The notes under the pieces were generated by a model, which was not told the origin of the DNA, searched no databases, and saw nothing but the letters and a program-made list of their open reading frames with translations. Made by a program: the position numbers and the translations under genes. Below are positions 37,732 to 50,799 of a DNA stretch of 64,000 bases, in pieces (the stretch's first letter is position 1; every line of letters begins with the position of its first letter). The DNA is taken from contig NC_042999.1 of the NCBI RefSeq assembly GCF_006345805.1, forward strand, positions 27,528,001 to 27,592,000, in the 5' to 3' direction. Source of the stretch: Octopus sinensis (Eukaryota).

Positions 37732-37963
37732 AAAGCGACGAGCTGGCAGAAACGTTAGCACGCCGGGCGAAATGCGTAGCCGTATTTCGTCTGATGTTAC
37801 GTTCTGAGTTCAAATTCCGCCGAGGTCGACTTTGCCTTTCATCCTTTCGGGATCGATAAGTAAAGTACCAGTTACGCACTGGGGTCGATATAATCGACTT
37901 AATCCGTTCGTCTATCCTTGTTTGTCCCTTCTGTGTTTAGCCCCTTGTGGGTAGTAAAGAAAT
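37732..37963 (+). mobile_element. Family M SINE with 14-bp TSD, nested in an older antisense family M copy
   Basis: aggatttgagcgca at 37718-37731 and 37964-37977; older minus copy spans ~37610-38040. Confidence 0.9.
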
Positions 37964-38803
37964 AGGATTTGAGCGCAGAATGTAATGAGCCGAAAGAAAC
38001 GCCGGTAAGCAGTTTATTCGACGTGCTAACAATTTTGACAACACACTGCCTCAGGAATAATATTAATAAAATGGTTTGATATATCTGGCAGGAAATAACA
38101 GTCATATCTGCTTCATTATATTGCTTTGAAGCTGTATCGTGTTCAGCAATATACAATCTAGAGAGGAAATAGTTGTGGTATCTACTCTTCTCTATAGAAG
38201 TTGTACAATTGACAGGAAATAAGAGTTGTAACTGACTTCACCGTATTGTTATAAAATCCGTAATATGACAGGTAGAGAAGCTAACGATCGTCTATCGCGG
38301 TTTATGTAAGGATACTGCCGTGTTTCACTTTCGTTAGACGTCATTCCCTTGTCATCTTATACTTACCACTTCAAATTAAAGGCAACTGAATTACTCTGAC
38401 TACGGACAAAGTAATGACTCATTGGACAAAAGCAACCCAAAATGTCGATTGGAAAAGTTCAGATGATCGTGGTTAAAAAGCCGTTGATTATAGCTAAGCT
38501 CAATCGGGGGTGATCTAGGTTTAAACAACAACCACGGTAATAAAAAGTATGTTGAAATTAATTACAGTGGAGAGTATACAATATGTTCAGGTTGTTGCAA
38601 TCCATAACAGTCATCGTTACGTGTCAAGATGTGTTCATCAGCTCGGTGGAGAGATATGGTATTATGGAATTTATCTGTAATTGAATCTCGTTGTTCGGCT
38701 GACAACCATCGTGCCGTAAAACTGTCTGGTCAGAGCTGACCCTAGAGCATCAGCAACAACGACACACACAGTATTACCTATTAAAAAAGGCATCCTACAT
38801 ATA

Positions 38804-39022
38804 TGAGAGGATGCTGAAAACTCCCTGACTTTGGGTAAAAGAAAATACAGGAGTATTAGTTAATTATGATTTTATTCAACATATCTTTCCCCAACCTGTT
38901 CACACACTCATTACATTGGTCTTTCAGTTTTTCTAAGCCCTGTAAAAGAACTCGGAAGGTTAGGCTTCCAACAAAGCCTTTCACGATTCTCTTAAAGCCA
39001 AGAACTTTTCGGTATGCCCTCG
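38804..39022 (-). mobile_element. Internally deleted mariner derivative (MITE) with TA TSD
   Basis: Ends TA-tgagaggatgctgaaaactccctgacttt and (reverse complement) TA-cgagggcataccgaaaagttcttggcttt; internal LQGLEKLKDQCNECVN resembles a mariner C-terminus. Confidence 0.8.
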
Positions 39023-39292
39023 TATGTATGTATGTATGCATGTATGTATGTATGCATGTATGTATGCATGCATGTATGCATGTATGTATATATGTATGCA
39101 TGCATGTATGTATGTATGCATGTATATATGTATGTATGTATTATGCATGTATGTATTATGCATGTATGTATGTATGTATGTATGCATGCATGTATGTATG
39201 TATGCATGTATGTATGTATGCATGTATGTATGTATGTATGTGTGGATGTATGCATGCATGTATGCATGTATGTATGCATGCATGTATGTGTG

Positions 39293-39326
<34 letters not shown>

Positions 39327-39342
39327 TGTATGTATGTATGTT
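39023..39342. repeat. (ATGT)/(ATGC)n microsatellite
   Basis: Seen directly. Confidence 0.95.
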
Positions 39343-40258
39343 TGTGTAGGAGTTGAAAGTGGGATTCTTAATCGATAACCAGTGAATGGTGAACGTTCCC
39401 TTACCCTTTGTGGTTATTTTTTGTTCCTATTTTCCGTATGTCCCTTCGTCGTCCTCCAGGGTCACATTTTACTATTGTATGCATACAGACGTACGTACGT
39501 ATGTACGCACATACGTACGTACATACATACATACATACATACATGTGTGTGTGCACATGTGCATATGTACCTATGCATATGTGTACTATATGCATACATG
39601 GGGTGAAAGAGGGTTAGAGAAAGGGAATAAAGGATTTGCGAGGCATGTGTGTATGTGTGCATAACAGCAGCAACAGCAGTAGCAACAGCAACAACAACAA
39701 CAACAGAGTGCATTCTTTTCAAAATGATGTCTATCTCAATAAAGGGCTATTCTCATATCCATGAACATATCTCACTCATCAATTTGATGCCTCAGTAAAC
39801 ATAAATAAGAACTGAACTAGCGAAAGGAAATATTTATTCTTTAAATTGTGACTGGATCATAAATTAGACGTCATTTTAGTTTAGCTTCACTGGTTTATGC
39901 TTCACAGACATATGAAAGTATAAACAAAATATAGGTGCCGAAATTGCAATGATTTCTGGTTGAGAACTGGTGAAGGGATTACAATGCGATATGCTTGCGC
40001 TCTGTTGTAGTTTTTCTGTAACTTTCTTTATTATCCCTCAGTGCTATCTGTCCCATATATATGTTTGTGTGTGTGTGTGTATACATGTGTATGTATGCGA
40101 GGATGTGTATGCGTGCATATGTACATATATTTGTGTGTGCACGTATGCATATGTATATATATGGGTGGGTGTGTGGGTGTATTCATATATGTATACTTAT
40201 ATACATTTATATATGAATGTAAATCTCTCTCTCTCTCTCTTTTACATATATACATATA

Positions 40259-40306
<48 letters not shown>

Positions 40307-40650
40307 CATACATACATATATACATACATATATATATACATGAAATTAATGTACACATACATGCATACGAACGTACATGGAACGGAGAATAGCAAAATGT
40401 TTAACAGACCCTCCCTTATTCTGGCTATCATTAAATCAAGTGACTAGTGATTTCCTCCATGGAAACTTGTAATCAACGATGCTATTGTTCGTCAGTTGAC
40501 ATATATAAATTAAAACGTTAACAGTTACATGCTGTTTCTTCATAATGTTGCAGTTAAGAATCATTAGAAGAGAATAAAATATAGGGAAATGTCTAAAGTA
40601 AATAGATTCAGTCGTCTTTCAGTGATCACGTATTATAAAAGTATTGATAA

Positions 40651-41040
40651 TATTAATACGCTAACGTTTTGTTTTTGTACGTACCTGTTGTGTGCGTCAC
40701 ACTTACTGCAAAGAAGTGGCAAAGCGAGAGAGAGGAGGACAGAGAGGAAGTAAGATAGAGAGAGAAAGCGGGAGAGTGAAAGATACAGTGAGTGGTGACG
40801 GCGTTCGTTTTGTGTTTTTTAATGTTTCAGAGAGGACGTAAGAGAGAAAGAAAGAGAGTGAGGGAGAGAGAAGAAGTGAGAGAGAATGAAAGAGACAGTG
40901 AGTGATGACAGCGTTCATCGCAAGAGGAGTAGCTACAGAGATACATATACACATTGTTAAATCAAAAGCAGGAGAGAAGAGGGACACAAAGGAAATGAAA
41001 GAGAAAGACACAGTAAATATTAGATATCAATTTCACTTTC
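40651..41040 (-). other. GA-rich block ending (minus strand) in a CAG|GTACGT donor at 40685/40684; paralogous to 62321-62636; candidate non-coding exon
   Basis: Alignable to 62321-62636; attaatacgctaacgttttgtttttgtac.tacctg shared on the intron side. Confidence 0.4.
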
Positions 41041-41089
41041 CATTAGCATACGAGGATAAAATTAACTTACAAATAGCTGAGTATTCTAC

Positions 41090-41190
41090 AGACATGCATA
41101 ACATTAACGTATTTCTCAGGGGGATTCAGCCTTACACAGAATATGGCAAGGCTAGCCCCTTTGAATTACAGCTACAACTCGAGACATATG
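41090..41190 (-). mobile_element. Family R SINE 3' fragment
   Basis: ctcagggggattcagccttacacagaatatggcaaggctagcccctttgaattacag matches 15455-15510. Confidence 0.65.
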
Positions 41191-41303
41191 TATGTATATG
41201 GGGGGGGGCGTAGAAGGTTAGTGGTGACTCAAAGGAAGTTGGTGTTTGTTTCGTTTTTTCAACCACAGAAAATATTGGATACCGTATCCTAAACAAAAAC
41301 TTC

Positions 41304-41749
41304 GGATCTTTTCGGTTTGAACGGCAGTTTTTTCGAGCGGTGTCATATGAAATTGTCACCCATATTTATGACCCTAGAATCGATCTATTGCATTTCGATC
41401 TCTTTTAGGGTTAAGGTTAGTTAGGGTTAGTTAGGGTTAGGGTTAAGGTTAAGTGTGGGGGAAGGATATCTTTTTTTCTTCACAAATGTAAATAAACCTA
41501 ATGTGTTTCTTAAACGAGGGACATATTCATACGGCACAGAATGCTTTTTAACTCAATAGACGTCAGTGATTGGTTGGAATTGCAGAAATTGAAGAAAAAA
41601 AACAACAAATATCTTACAAACTATAGAATTTTCTCAATAAAGCCAAGAGAAAAAGATGTTTTATAGACACATTCTACCAGTATACGAAGTTTAAAATTTT
41701 TTAGTTACCTAGAAATTGTTAAAAACTGCCGTTCAAACCGAAAAGATCC
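41304..41749. mobile_element. GG-terminal MITE (copy 3), perfect 29-bp TIRs, 8-bp TSD aaaacttc
   Basis: ggatcttttcggtttgaacggcagttttt / aaaaactgccgttcaaaccgaaaagatcc; aaaacttc at 41296-41303 and 41750-41757. Confidence 0.92.
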
Positions 41750-42711
41750 AAAACTTCTAATAACATTCGTATATGTTTTTCAACTGAAACACTGAATCAT
41801 TTTGGACATTTATTGTTTTAATTGCAAGAGAAAAACTGGGGGAGAAAGAGAGAGTGAATGAAAGAGTTTGAAAACACAACTAAAACAATTCCAATCAGTG
41901 GCAAAGCAACAGGTAGGAAGAAAGACAGAGAGGGGTGAAGACTTCGTTGTGGACTATCTGACACTTACTCTCTGTCTGCCTCTCTCTCTCTCTCTCTCTC
42001 TCTCTCTAGGTATGTTTGTGGATGTGTGTGCATGTATGTGTATGTTTGTATGTAAGTTACCGGCTGACACTCGCTGACGATACATCGAAGAGGCCAGGGA
42101 ACAGAAAAAAGAAGAAGAAAGAAGACGTGCACCCAACACCAGAGCTGAAGACACCTCCGAAAGAGGGGGGCGCCACGTCAAAACGGTAGAGGAGTAGGGG
42201 CCGAAACCAGACGTGGCTCCTCCTGATGATGTCTTGAGCTAACTGGATCCTATAAAGGAGCTGTTGTGGTAGCAGACCACGAAACCCGGTTGTATTTCCC
42301 CCTGATTGCACGTGTTGCCGTTTTGAATTCCTTTCTGCGACTGACCTTAAACTGCTATTAAAAGTCCAACCACACACACACACACGCACACGTTTTTTAA
42401 CCCATTTGAACTACAGCCATACACCAAAACACGAGGTGTTTTGCACCAAAATTAAAATTTTTAATTTGTTTTCATTATAAAATTACACCTCAGCTAAAAA
42501 ACATCTTTTGGCTTCAGAATACAACGTTGTCTTTTTCTTTCTACATTTTTTAAGTTAGAATTTCTGGCTCATTTGTTGATGTGTCATCATTACACATCCA
42601 CATTACACCTTTAAGATCGAGGAACAAGTTAGGGCCCGCTGGATCTCTTTCGGCATACCAGCAAACCACAAAATCGCACCAACCAGCTTCACCACTACCT
42701 CTAAGCCCATC

Positions 42712-42746
<35 letters not shown>

Positions 42747-42789
42747 TGTATGTATGTATGTATGTGTGTATGCGTGTATGTATGTATGT

Positions 42790-42980
42790 GACTGTTTGTG
42801 TCTGTTTGTCCCACCACCACCATTGCTTGACAACCGATGTTGGTGCATTTGCGTCCCTGTCGTTTCGCTGTTCAGGCTTACAGGGAATAAGTCCAAGGGT
42901 CAATTTCTTCGACAAAAAGGGTGGTGCTCCAGCATGGTCACCGTCAACTGACTGAAACAAGTAAAAGAATAAAAGAATAC
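42790..42980 (+). mobile_element. Family C SINE 3' half after a (GTAT)n tract
   Basis: tgtctgtttgtccc..cattgcttgacaaccgatg..ggtggtgctccagcatgg. Confidence 0.75.
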
Positions 42981-43059
42981 CAGAAAAACATTCCGTACCA
43001 CTAAATCAAGAAGGTTCTTTAAATAGTAATTCCGTTTACGTGGAGGTGGCCAGTAGATT

Positions 43060-43165
43060 AGATCGACCTCAGTACACAACTGGTACGTAATTTATCGACC
43101 CCGAAAGAACGAAGGGCAAAGCTGACCTCGACAGAATTTGAACTCAGAACGTAAAGAAAGACGGT
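43060..43165 (-). mobile_element. Family M SINE fragment
   Basis: ctggtacgtaatttatcgaccccgaaag..gaatttgaactcagaacgtaa. Confidence 0.75.
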
Positions 43166-43549
43166 CATAATATACAAACATTTCTCATGGCACCAGTACA
43201 CTGTATACAGATGTTTACATTTTTTATGTTTTCCGTGAATTTTTCACGGGTCCACCTAGTGTATAATATGTTTGTCACAGCCTTCATTTGTTTGAGTGTT
43301 AGGCCTCCGAAACTTTATCTATAAGAAGGAATCGAAGATATAATGAGAATATTTAGTATGGTGAATCAAGGCCGGGTGTTATGCTTTCAACAGCTTTAAG
43401 TTTATAAAGGAATCTGGAACATAATCGAGATATTTAATGCAATGATTTAAGGTCGCGTGTTAGGCTTTCGACAATCTTATGTACGGAAGGTAATTGGAGG
43501 CATAATTGAAATATTTAATATTATGAAGCAATGTTAACCTTATAAAATA

Positions 43550-43937
43550 CTAGCAGTATCACCCGGCGTTGCTCAGGTTTGTTTCGACCTTTTAGATTTG
43601 GAATTTTTGAAAAGTAAAACTTTTGCATTATGTAGCTTCTTATTCTCTTTAAGTGAACATATTTCGGGTTGAAATATACCGAAAATGGCGACACAGTAGT
43701 CAAAAAAATCGTAAAAAATAGGGATTTTCATAGAAAAAAGTACCTTTTTGATGTAAATAATTTTTGGTCTTAACGTGATCCGATTTGAATTTTATCTTCT
43801 ACGGAATGTAGAGCAAGCCTTCTTCTATCATACTCTCAATTTTGGTCAACTTGCGCCGCAGGGTCTCGGAGAGATAGTGTTAGTTGAAGGCTACCAAACC
43901 TGTCACACACAGACAACTTCAGCTTTATATATATAGA
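43550..43937 (-). mobile_element. Non-autonomous Helitron, second family
   Basis: 5' TCTATATATATAAAGCTGAAGTTG, 3' cctgagcaacgccgggtgatactgCTAG, A|T insertion site; interior differs from the 11784 copy. Confidence 0.85.
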
Positions 43938-44142
43938 TTATAACATTTAAAAATCACGGAAATTCTTCGGCTTCCGCTAACATTTTATTAATTTCCATGA
44001 TCACTGTTGTTATTGGCGTGGTTTTTGTTGTTACTGTTTAGTCCCGATGTCATTGAGGATTTAGGAGACTTATGATCAGAGAAATCTTCTATGCAACATC
44101 TTGACATTTATTTAGTTAGAATTCGATATTTTCACCTCTTTT

Positions 44143-44336
44143 ACTCTCTTTTACTCTGAGGTCATGCTGGAGCACCGCCTTTTAGTTGAGCAAATCGACC
44201 CCAGGACTTATTCTTTGTAAACCTAGTACTTATTCTATCGATCTCGTTTACCGAACCACTAAGTTACGGGGACGTAAACACACCACATCAGTTGTCAAGC
44301 GATGTTGGGGGGACAAACACAGACACACAGACATAT

Positions 44337-44412
<76 letters not shown>

Positions 44413-44582
44413 GTATATATACGACGGGCTTGTTTCAGTTTCCGTCTACCAAATCCACTCACTAGGCTTTGGTCGGCCCGAGGCTATAGTAGAAGACACA
44501 TGCCCAAGGTGCCACGCAGTGGGACTGAGCCCGGAACCATGTGGTTCGTAATCAAGCTACTTACCACACAGCCACTCCTACG
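44143..44582 (-). mobile_element. Family C SINE with expanded internal (TA)n
   Basis: Family C consensus in reverse complement; (TA)n at 44335-44420. Confidence 0.9.
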
Positions 44583-44682
44583 TATAATTTTGTAAACCTT
44601 CTTGTAAAAATGAGTTCGCGGTTATTTTTAGTGCTTTTAAGCAAATTCCTCATTGAGTACATAGTATTGTTGATGATGTTGC

Positions 44683-44735
<53 letters not shown>

Positions 44736-45425
44736 TCCGCCAAGACAGATATAATCAATAAAACTTATGATTACGGCCATGACAAAAAACCTCCTCTAAA
44801 AAATAATGGCACAGCTTGGACTATGTTATATCCGGTTTCCCTCTTGCAAAGCATTAAGCTGTGATATGAAGTATATATTACTGCTATTTCTAGCTGAACA
44901 AGCGACCTCATTTGCTTCTTTCTACATTTGTAAACCCCAGTACTGTTTGCACAGAATGCTTTATGCAAAAGCATACAATTGATTCAATACATTATAGCAA
45001 ATGAACTAGCGATGTGACGAACAGACAGACACCAAACAAACAAACAAACAAACACACAAATAAACAAGCAAATAATAATTAGGTGAATAAAATTAACAGA
45101 GAATATATATAAAAAAAAATAATAAAAAGATTGCCTGCTATGAAAATAGAATCGCGATATTGGAATTCCTGCTGTCTAGACGGGAATGGTTAAAAAGAAT
45201 GTTTGTTCTGAAGAACACTATCAACAAATAGAAAATATACGAATAAACTAAATATTTCGTTTTGTCAATATCTGACCAAACAGGAAAAAACAACATTTTG
45301 TCCAGCATTTATTCAAAGACATCACTGCTCCCCCTAACAGTTACATGCACAAAATACGCACTATACGTTTTACGTTATATGTACATGTGCGCTCATGTGC
45401 GCGTGTGTATGTATATATGCATGTG

Positions 45426-45509
<84 letters not shown>

Positions 45510-45934
45510 TATATGTATGTATGCATGTATGTATGTATGTATGTATGTATGTGTGCATGTATGTGTTTGTGAGAGTGTGTGAGAGAGAGAGTGTGTAAGA
45601 GAGACAGAGTGAGTGTGTGTGTGTGTGTGTAACATTGAAAGGCTGGAGAATCAGGGGCAGATAACTGGTATTGACAATACGAATTTAGGACATAAAACAG
45701 ATGAATGAATAAAAATAAATAAATACATAAATATTTTTCATTCATGACGTTGTTTGGAAGAGACATTGGAACAGAATTGAATATAAAGAAATCAGAATTT
45801 CCAATCTTATCAAATAAAGGAAGCAAAAAATATGCGCTAAGAATGAGATAATTTTCAATGGAGACACGTGATAAAAGCTGTGGAGTAGAGCAAAGAAACG
45901 CATTAATGGAATCGTTACAGTACGGAATGAAGCT

Positions 45935-46162
45935 TCCCAGCTGGCAGAAACATTAGCACGCCGGGCGAAATGCTTTGTGGTATTTCGTCCGCTTCTGAGT
46001 TCAAATTCCGCCAAGGTCGACTTTCCCTTTTATCCTTTCGGGGGTCGATAAATTAAGCACCAATTACGTACTTGGGGGTCGATGTAATCGACTTAATTCG
46101 TTTGTCTGTCCGTGTTTGTCCCCTCTGTGTTTAGCTCCTTGTGGATAGTAAAGAAATAGGTA
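45935..46162 (+). mobile_element. Family M SINE
   Basis: cagctggcagaaacattagcacgccgggcg..gtaaagaaatagg. Confidence 0.9.
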
Positions 46163-47057
46163 TCCATTCTAGCACTCTGAGTTCAATTCCTGTCTATGTT
46201 AACTTTATCTTTTATCGTTTTGGGGCCGATAGATAATACACCAATTCCAGATGTTGGGTTGTCGGAATTGTTAGAACGATTGTTGGGATGCCTTGTGGTG
46301 TATGTTTCGAATCTGTGCGCTCTGAAACAATGTTTACGATACCACTGTTGCTTAGTTGACTGATTATGTCTTTCCCTTAGAGAATATGAGTGGCATAGAC
46401 AGAGATAATAATATATGTGAAGTAAGATGTTGGTTTCTCACTATATATAGGTGTTCTCACTACTACTACTTGGAGAGAAACTTCCAGTTACAGCCCCTCA
46501 TACAGAGGTTTCGGAGAGCAAGTAATTATTTAGTTTATTTTAGGTATTTAGACCAAGGGCAGATTTGAGCACCATCTTTAAGAAACAATTAAAACTCCGA
46601 TGAGTAAAAATGACAGAAGCGGTGCGATTTCAATTCTTGATAAAGTAGTCATGCTAAAATGGTTATTGTAAATTTTTGTCAGTTTTTGTTTGGGAATTGT
46701 GTTAACAAGGTTTTCAGTCTTTCCGTGTATCTCTAACTTTTACGAACCACTATCATAGATTTCCAAATTTCTAGTTTGAATGATTTGAGATAAACACGAA
46801 ATACCGCAAGACGAGGAACTTCCTGCTTGAATTTCACTCGAATCACATCATACCTCTTAAGATCTCGTCCAAAATGTAAAATCAGATGCATGAAACTAAA
46901 ACGACTTTCATCATTCGCAAGCAAGTACGCCTTGATAGCATGCTCCGTACTTTCGCTAATTGTTTTATGTGTTTTGGTAGTCACGAACACAAATACTCTT
47001 TCAATCCCCCCATCTTTATCACCGCGAAACATATACACACACATACATATATAAATG

Positions 47058-47227
47058 CATATATACGACGGGCTTGTTTCAGTTTCCGTCTACCAAATCC
47101 ACTCACTAGGCTTTGGTCGGCCCGAGGCTATAGTAGAAGACACTTGCCCAAGGTGCCACGCAGTGAGACTGAACTCGGAACCATGTGGTTTGTAAGCAAG
47201 CTACTTACCACACAGCCACTCCTACGT
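47058..47227 (-). mobile_element. Family C SINE 5' half
   Basis: Matches 44415-44582. Confidence 0.85.
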
Positions 47228-47729
47228 ATAATTACAGATAATGACAGTTTAGTCATGACTGGGAGGCCTGTCATCTAAATCATTCCAATTAGAGTGTTGT
47301 GGATGGTTATTAAAAGATAACTGAAAGAAAACAAAATATCATAATAGACAGAAACTAAAATGGTTTAACGAACCTGGAATTTCGAAACTAATGTATTCCA
47401 TTTCAATTGTTCATCAATATTGAAAGCAAGATCTTCAAAAAGTTCAGCGGGTCCCATATCAAGTCGTGCCTTGAATATAGAAAAACATTTTCTAAATAAC
47501 CCGAAAATACATTTTGATCTTGCTCAACAGTAAATTTAATAATGACAGTATAAATTTGCAAGCAAAATTTAATTTACATACTAAAGTGTAAAACAAGTAG
47601 TATATTTGATTTATACATTTATTACTTTCCAGAGCTATGAAGGTCGGTTATATAAGGAATTTATTATAGAATTTATTGTACCAAATTATTAACTGACTGG
47701 TACATCTACTTCACTATTTGAGAGTCTTT

Positions 47730-48200
47730 CCATCACCATGAATTTCTCCTGGCGAAAGCACAACCTCAACATAGTAGTGACTAAATCCCAATGACTGGTC
47801 CTTCTCTTTAGGTTCAGAAAATAGCTGTATACTCCGAAATTTTTTTACACTCTATAAAGCCAAAAAAGAAGTATTGCTCTCACTTTTGGAATACTTGACA
47901 ACGTCAGAAAAGGGTTATCCGACTGATTAGCACAAAATCCCTCATAAGAAAATGAGCTGTCTCCTTCCCAACCTTTTCAGCCACTACTATAATGGGCTCT
48001 ACTTTTTGGGATTGTTTAAGCCTCCATTATTTCATCTCTCAGCTGACCATATAGCCAGCCTTCTCATATCCTTCCCGTACTTCACCAAAAACGCTAATGG
48101 CTTCAGCTTCACTAGTTTAGGAAGGCATTCAAAAACCATGGTTTACTGTCCCTTACTTCAGACCCAGGTTTTGAAAAAAGCCGAGAAACTCACATTGTCA
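47730..48200 (+). mobile_element. Degraded LINE RT C-terminal relic (CR1/Jockey-like)
   Basis: Fragments KYCSHFW, QKRVIRLI and HYYNGL resemble LEYCSHIW..Q.RAIRLI..RYY.G. Confidence 0.45.
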
Positions 48201-49149
48201 TTACATGTCTCAAAACAGCAAGGACATATAAGATAATTTAACCCTACGTACACAAAGAAAAGAGATGGTCACAGCTAGGAGATCTTTGATTATACATTTG
48301 TTTGATTGGGACTGACTTTAGGCTAAAGAGCACACAATAACAACAAATGTTACTTAGATAAATAAAGCAAAATCTCCCTCGACAGATATTAGTCCAAAAT
48401 ATAGATATACCAGGCTGGATACTGCAACATATTTAGTCCCATAATCCACACACTCTATCAGTGACATAGTCATGGTGTGTGGTGTGCCTCCTAGAGTCGT
48501 CCATAAGTTAAGATGTACTCCATATCCTACGAAATCTACAACATAATAGATAGATATATAGTGTTACCTTTCTTGGCTCCTTTTAGCTACAGTAATATTG
48601 TCTTCCAGCTCATATTTCCAATTGAACTTTTTTCTTTTAGTTTTTCATTTGAAGATTTAACATAAAACTTACAGCTTCAAAAAATAGCTTTAGATCTTAA
48701 AACTAATGAATAATAGCCTTTATCGAGTATTTTCTTTAAGATATTCCTTCAATAATGTTGCTCCTTACTACAATAAAGCATTGAAACTGAGCTTCATTAT
48801 AGAATTAATTATAAAAATAATGATAATTTTCAGAAAAATAGAAGACGAAAATTATTTGGTTCAAGGCACCATTCAATTTTAGGGAGTGTTCACGTATTAC
48901 TAAGCATTTCTTGTATTAGACACTTCCCTAAGAACCATAAATATCACAAAAAGAAATGCTAGAAAAAAGTTTTAAAATTTAGCTATGTGAATAAACCTAA
49001 AGTAGGTATAGCAAACTCAGTAGTAAAACTCAGAAACAACCTTATACATCTAGCATATCCTGCTCGTGTAACGGTCTTAATCTCATAAATTATCCAAGAA
49101 ATAATTTATCTTTCAAAATGTTAATAGTTTATTGTACAAAATGTCCATA

Positions 49150-49570
49150 AGCGCAGGAGTGGCTGTGTGGTAAGTAGCTTGCTAACCAACCACATGGTTC
49201 CGGGTTCAGTCCCACTGCGTGGCATCTTGGGCAAGTGTCTTCTGCTATAGCCCCGGGCCGACCAATGCCTTGTGAGTGGATTTGGTAGACGGAAACTGAA
49301 AGAAGCCTGTCGTATATATATATGTATGTGTGTGTATATATATATATGCGTGTACGTGTTTGTGTGTCTGTGTTTGTCCCCCTGGCATTGCTTGACAACC
49401 GATGCTGGTGTGTTTACGTCCCCGTCACTTAGCGGTTCGGCAAAAGAGACCGATAGAATAAGTACTGGGCTTACAAAGGATAAGTCCCGGGGTCGATTTG
49501 CTCGACTTAAAGGCGGTGCTCTAGCATGGCCGCAGTCAAATGACTGAAACAAGTAAAAGAGTAAAGAGTA
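49150..49570 (+). mobile_element. Family C SINE, young full length
   Basis: Complete head, core and tail. Confidence 0.95.
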
Positions 49571-50019
49571 ATAGTGTATATTGGGTTGACTGAAATAAAT
49601 TTAAAGGACGATTCAATCGCATCTCCGTTTTAATAAAAAAAGTCACTGGACTGTATTTTATCAAATATATATGAGCTATAAAAAGTAACAATGTTAAGGA
49701 TTGCAAAATTGCGTGAAATATATTAAAAGCCAGACTATATAAATCGAGTAAGAATTGGTGTAACCTTTACTTCTTTGTGATAATAAATATACTTTCCTAT
49801 ATAAGTTCCGTTTTGAACAAACATTCAGAACTGATGTCTTTTTGTCGGCTTAAATCAAAATATTTCAACAAATATTTTGATTTACCTAACAACTTATAAG
49901 CGTGTAGTCTAGTAATATATTGATCACATTTTCTTAAAAGAAAATCAAATAACTCTTCATTTAACGTGAATAAAAATACGGTATTTTTGTCGTCTGTGTG
50001 TGTAAGTACGTACATGTAT

Positions 50020-50186
50020 ATATATCTATATATATATATATATATATATATATCACCATGACTGACCAGGCTATCAGATGTTGCTACATATCGCTGGTCA
50101 CAATGCGCTTTGCATTGATTTAGCCTTCAAGTGACGCCACCCCGCTGGCTAAGCGAGCAGGCCAACACACACACACACATATATAT

Positions 50187-50250
<64 letters not shown>

Positions 50251-50284
50251 CATATATATATGTACATATATATATATATACATA

Positions 50285-50324
<40 letters not shown>

Positions 50325-50543
50325 CATATATATATATAATATACACATGTATATATATATATATGTATATATATACATACACATGTATATGCATGTATAT
50401 ATATACATATATATATACATATACACATGTATATATATATATATACACATGTATATATATAATATACACATGTATATATATATATAAATGTGTGCGTGTG
50501 TCTGAATATATATATATATATATAATATATTATATATATATAT
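50020..50543. repeat. (TA)n/(TACA)n tracts around a short unique insert
   Basis: Seen directly. Confidence 0.9.
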
Positions 50544-50685
50544 AATTTATTAGTTAGGGCAAAAGAATAGATCTCTAATGCCAAAATATACCGAAAATAG
50601 ACACAACGTCAAAAACCATGTAATTTATCACTACAAGCACGCGTTTCGAAGAAAGCCGATAGAAATTTCTAAAGAAATCCCGTTA

Positions 50686-50746
50686 TTACCATATCGGACC
50701 CGATTTCAGAGTTAGTTCATAAGGACCTTCCCTTCATCAGTGATAA
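50686..50746 (-). ncRNA. Type I hammerhead ribozyme motif (family C-HHR), left arm
   Basis: TTATCA-CTGATGA-AGGG(18 nt)CTCT-GAAA-TCGG-GT-CCGA-TA^TGGTAA: stem I 6 bp, stem II 4 bp, stem III ATCGG/CCGAT, AUA triplet. Confidence 0.65.
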
Positions 50747-50799
50747 ATGCGACAAAGAAATAAGTGAAATACTTATACCCACTTATTTCTTTGCCGCAT

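Noticed and set aside
42228-42295. CTGATGA...GAAA motif in a GC-rich patch
   Set aside because: Stem II does not close next to the core. The patch (42050-42350) may be a LINE ORF1 remnant, but I could not support that.
49797-50015. 72-aa minus-strand ORF with plausible composition
   Set aside because: It starts in a microsatellite edge, has no polypyrimidine acceptor and matches no known family.
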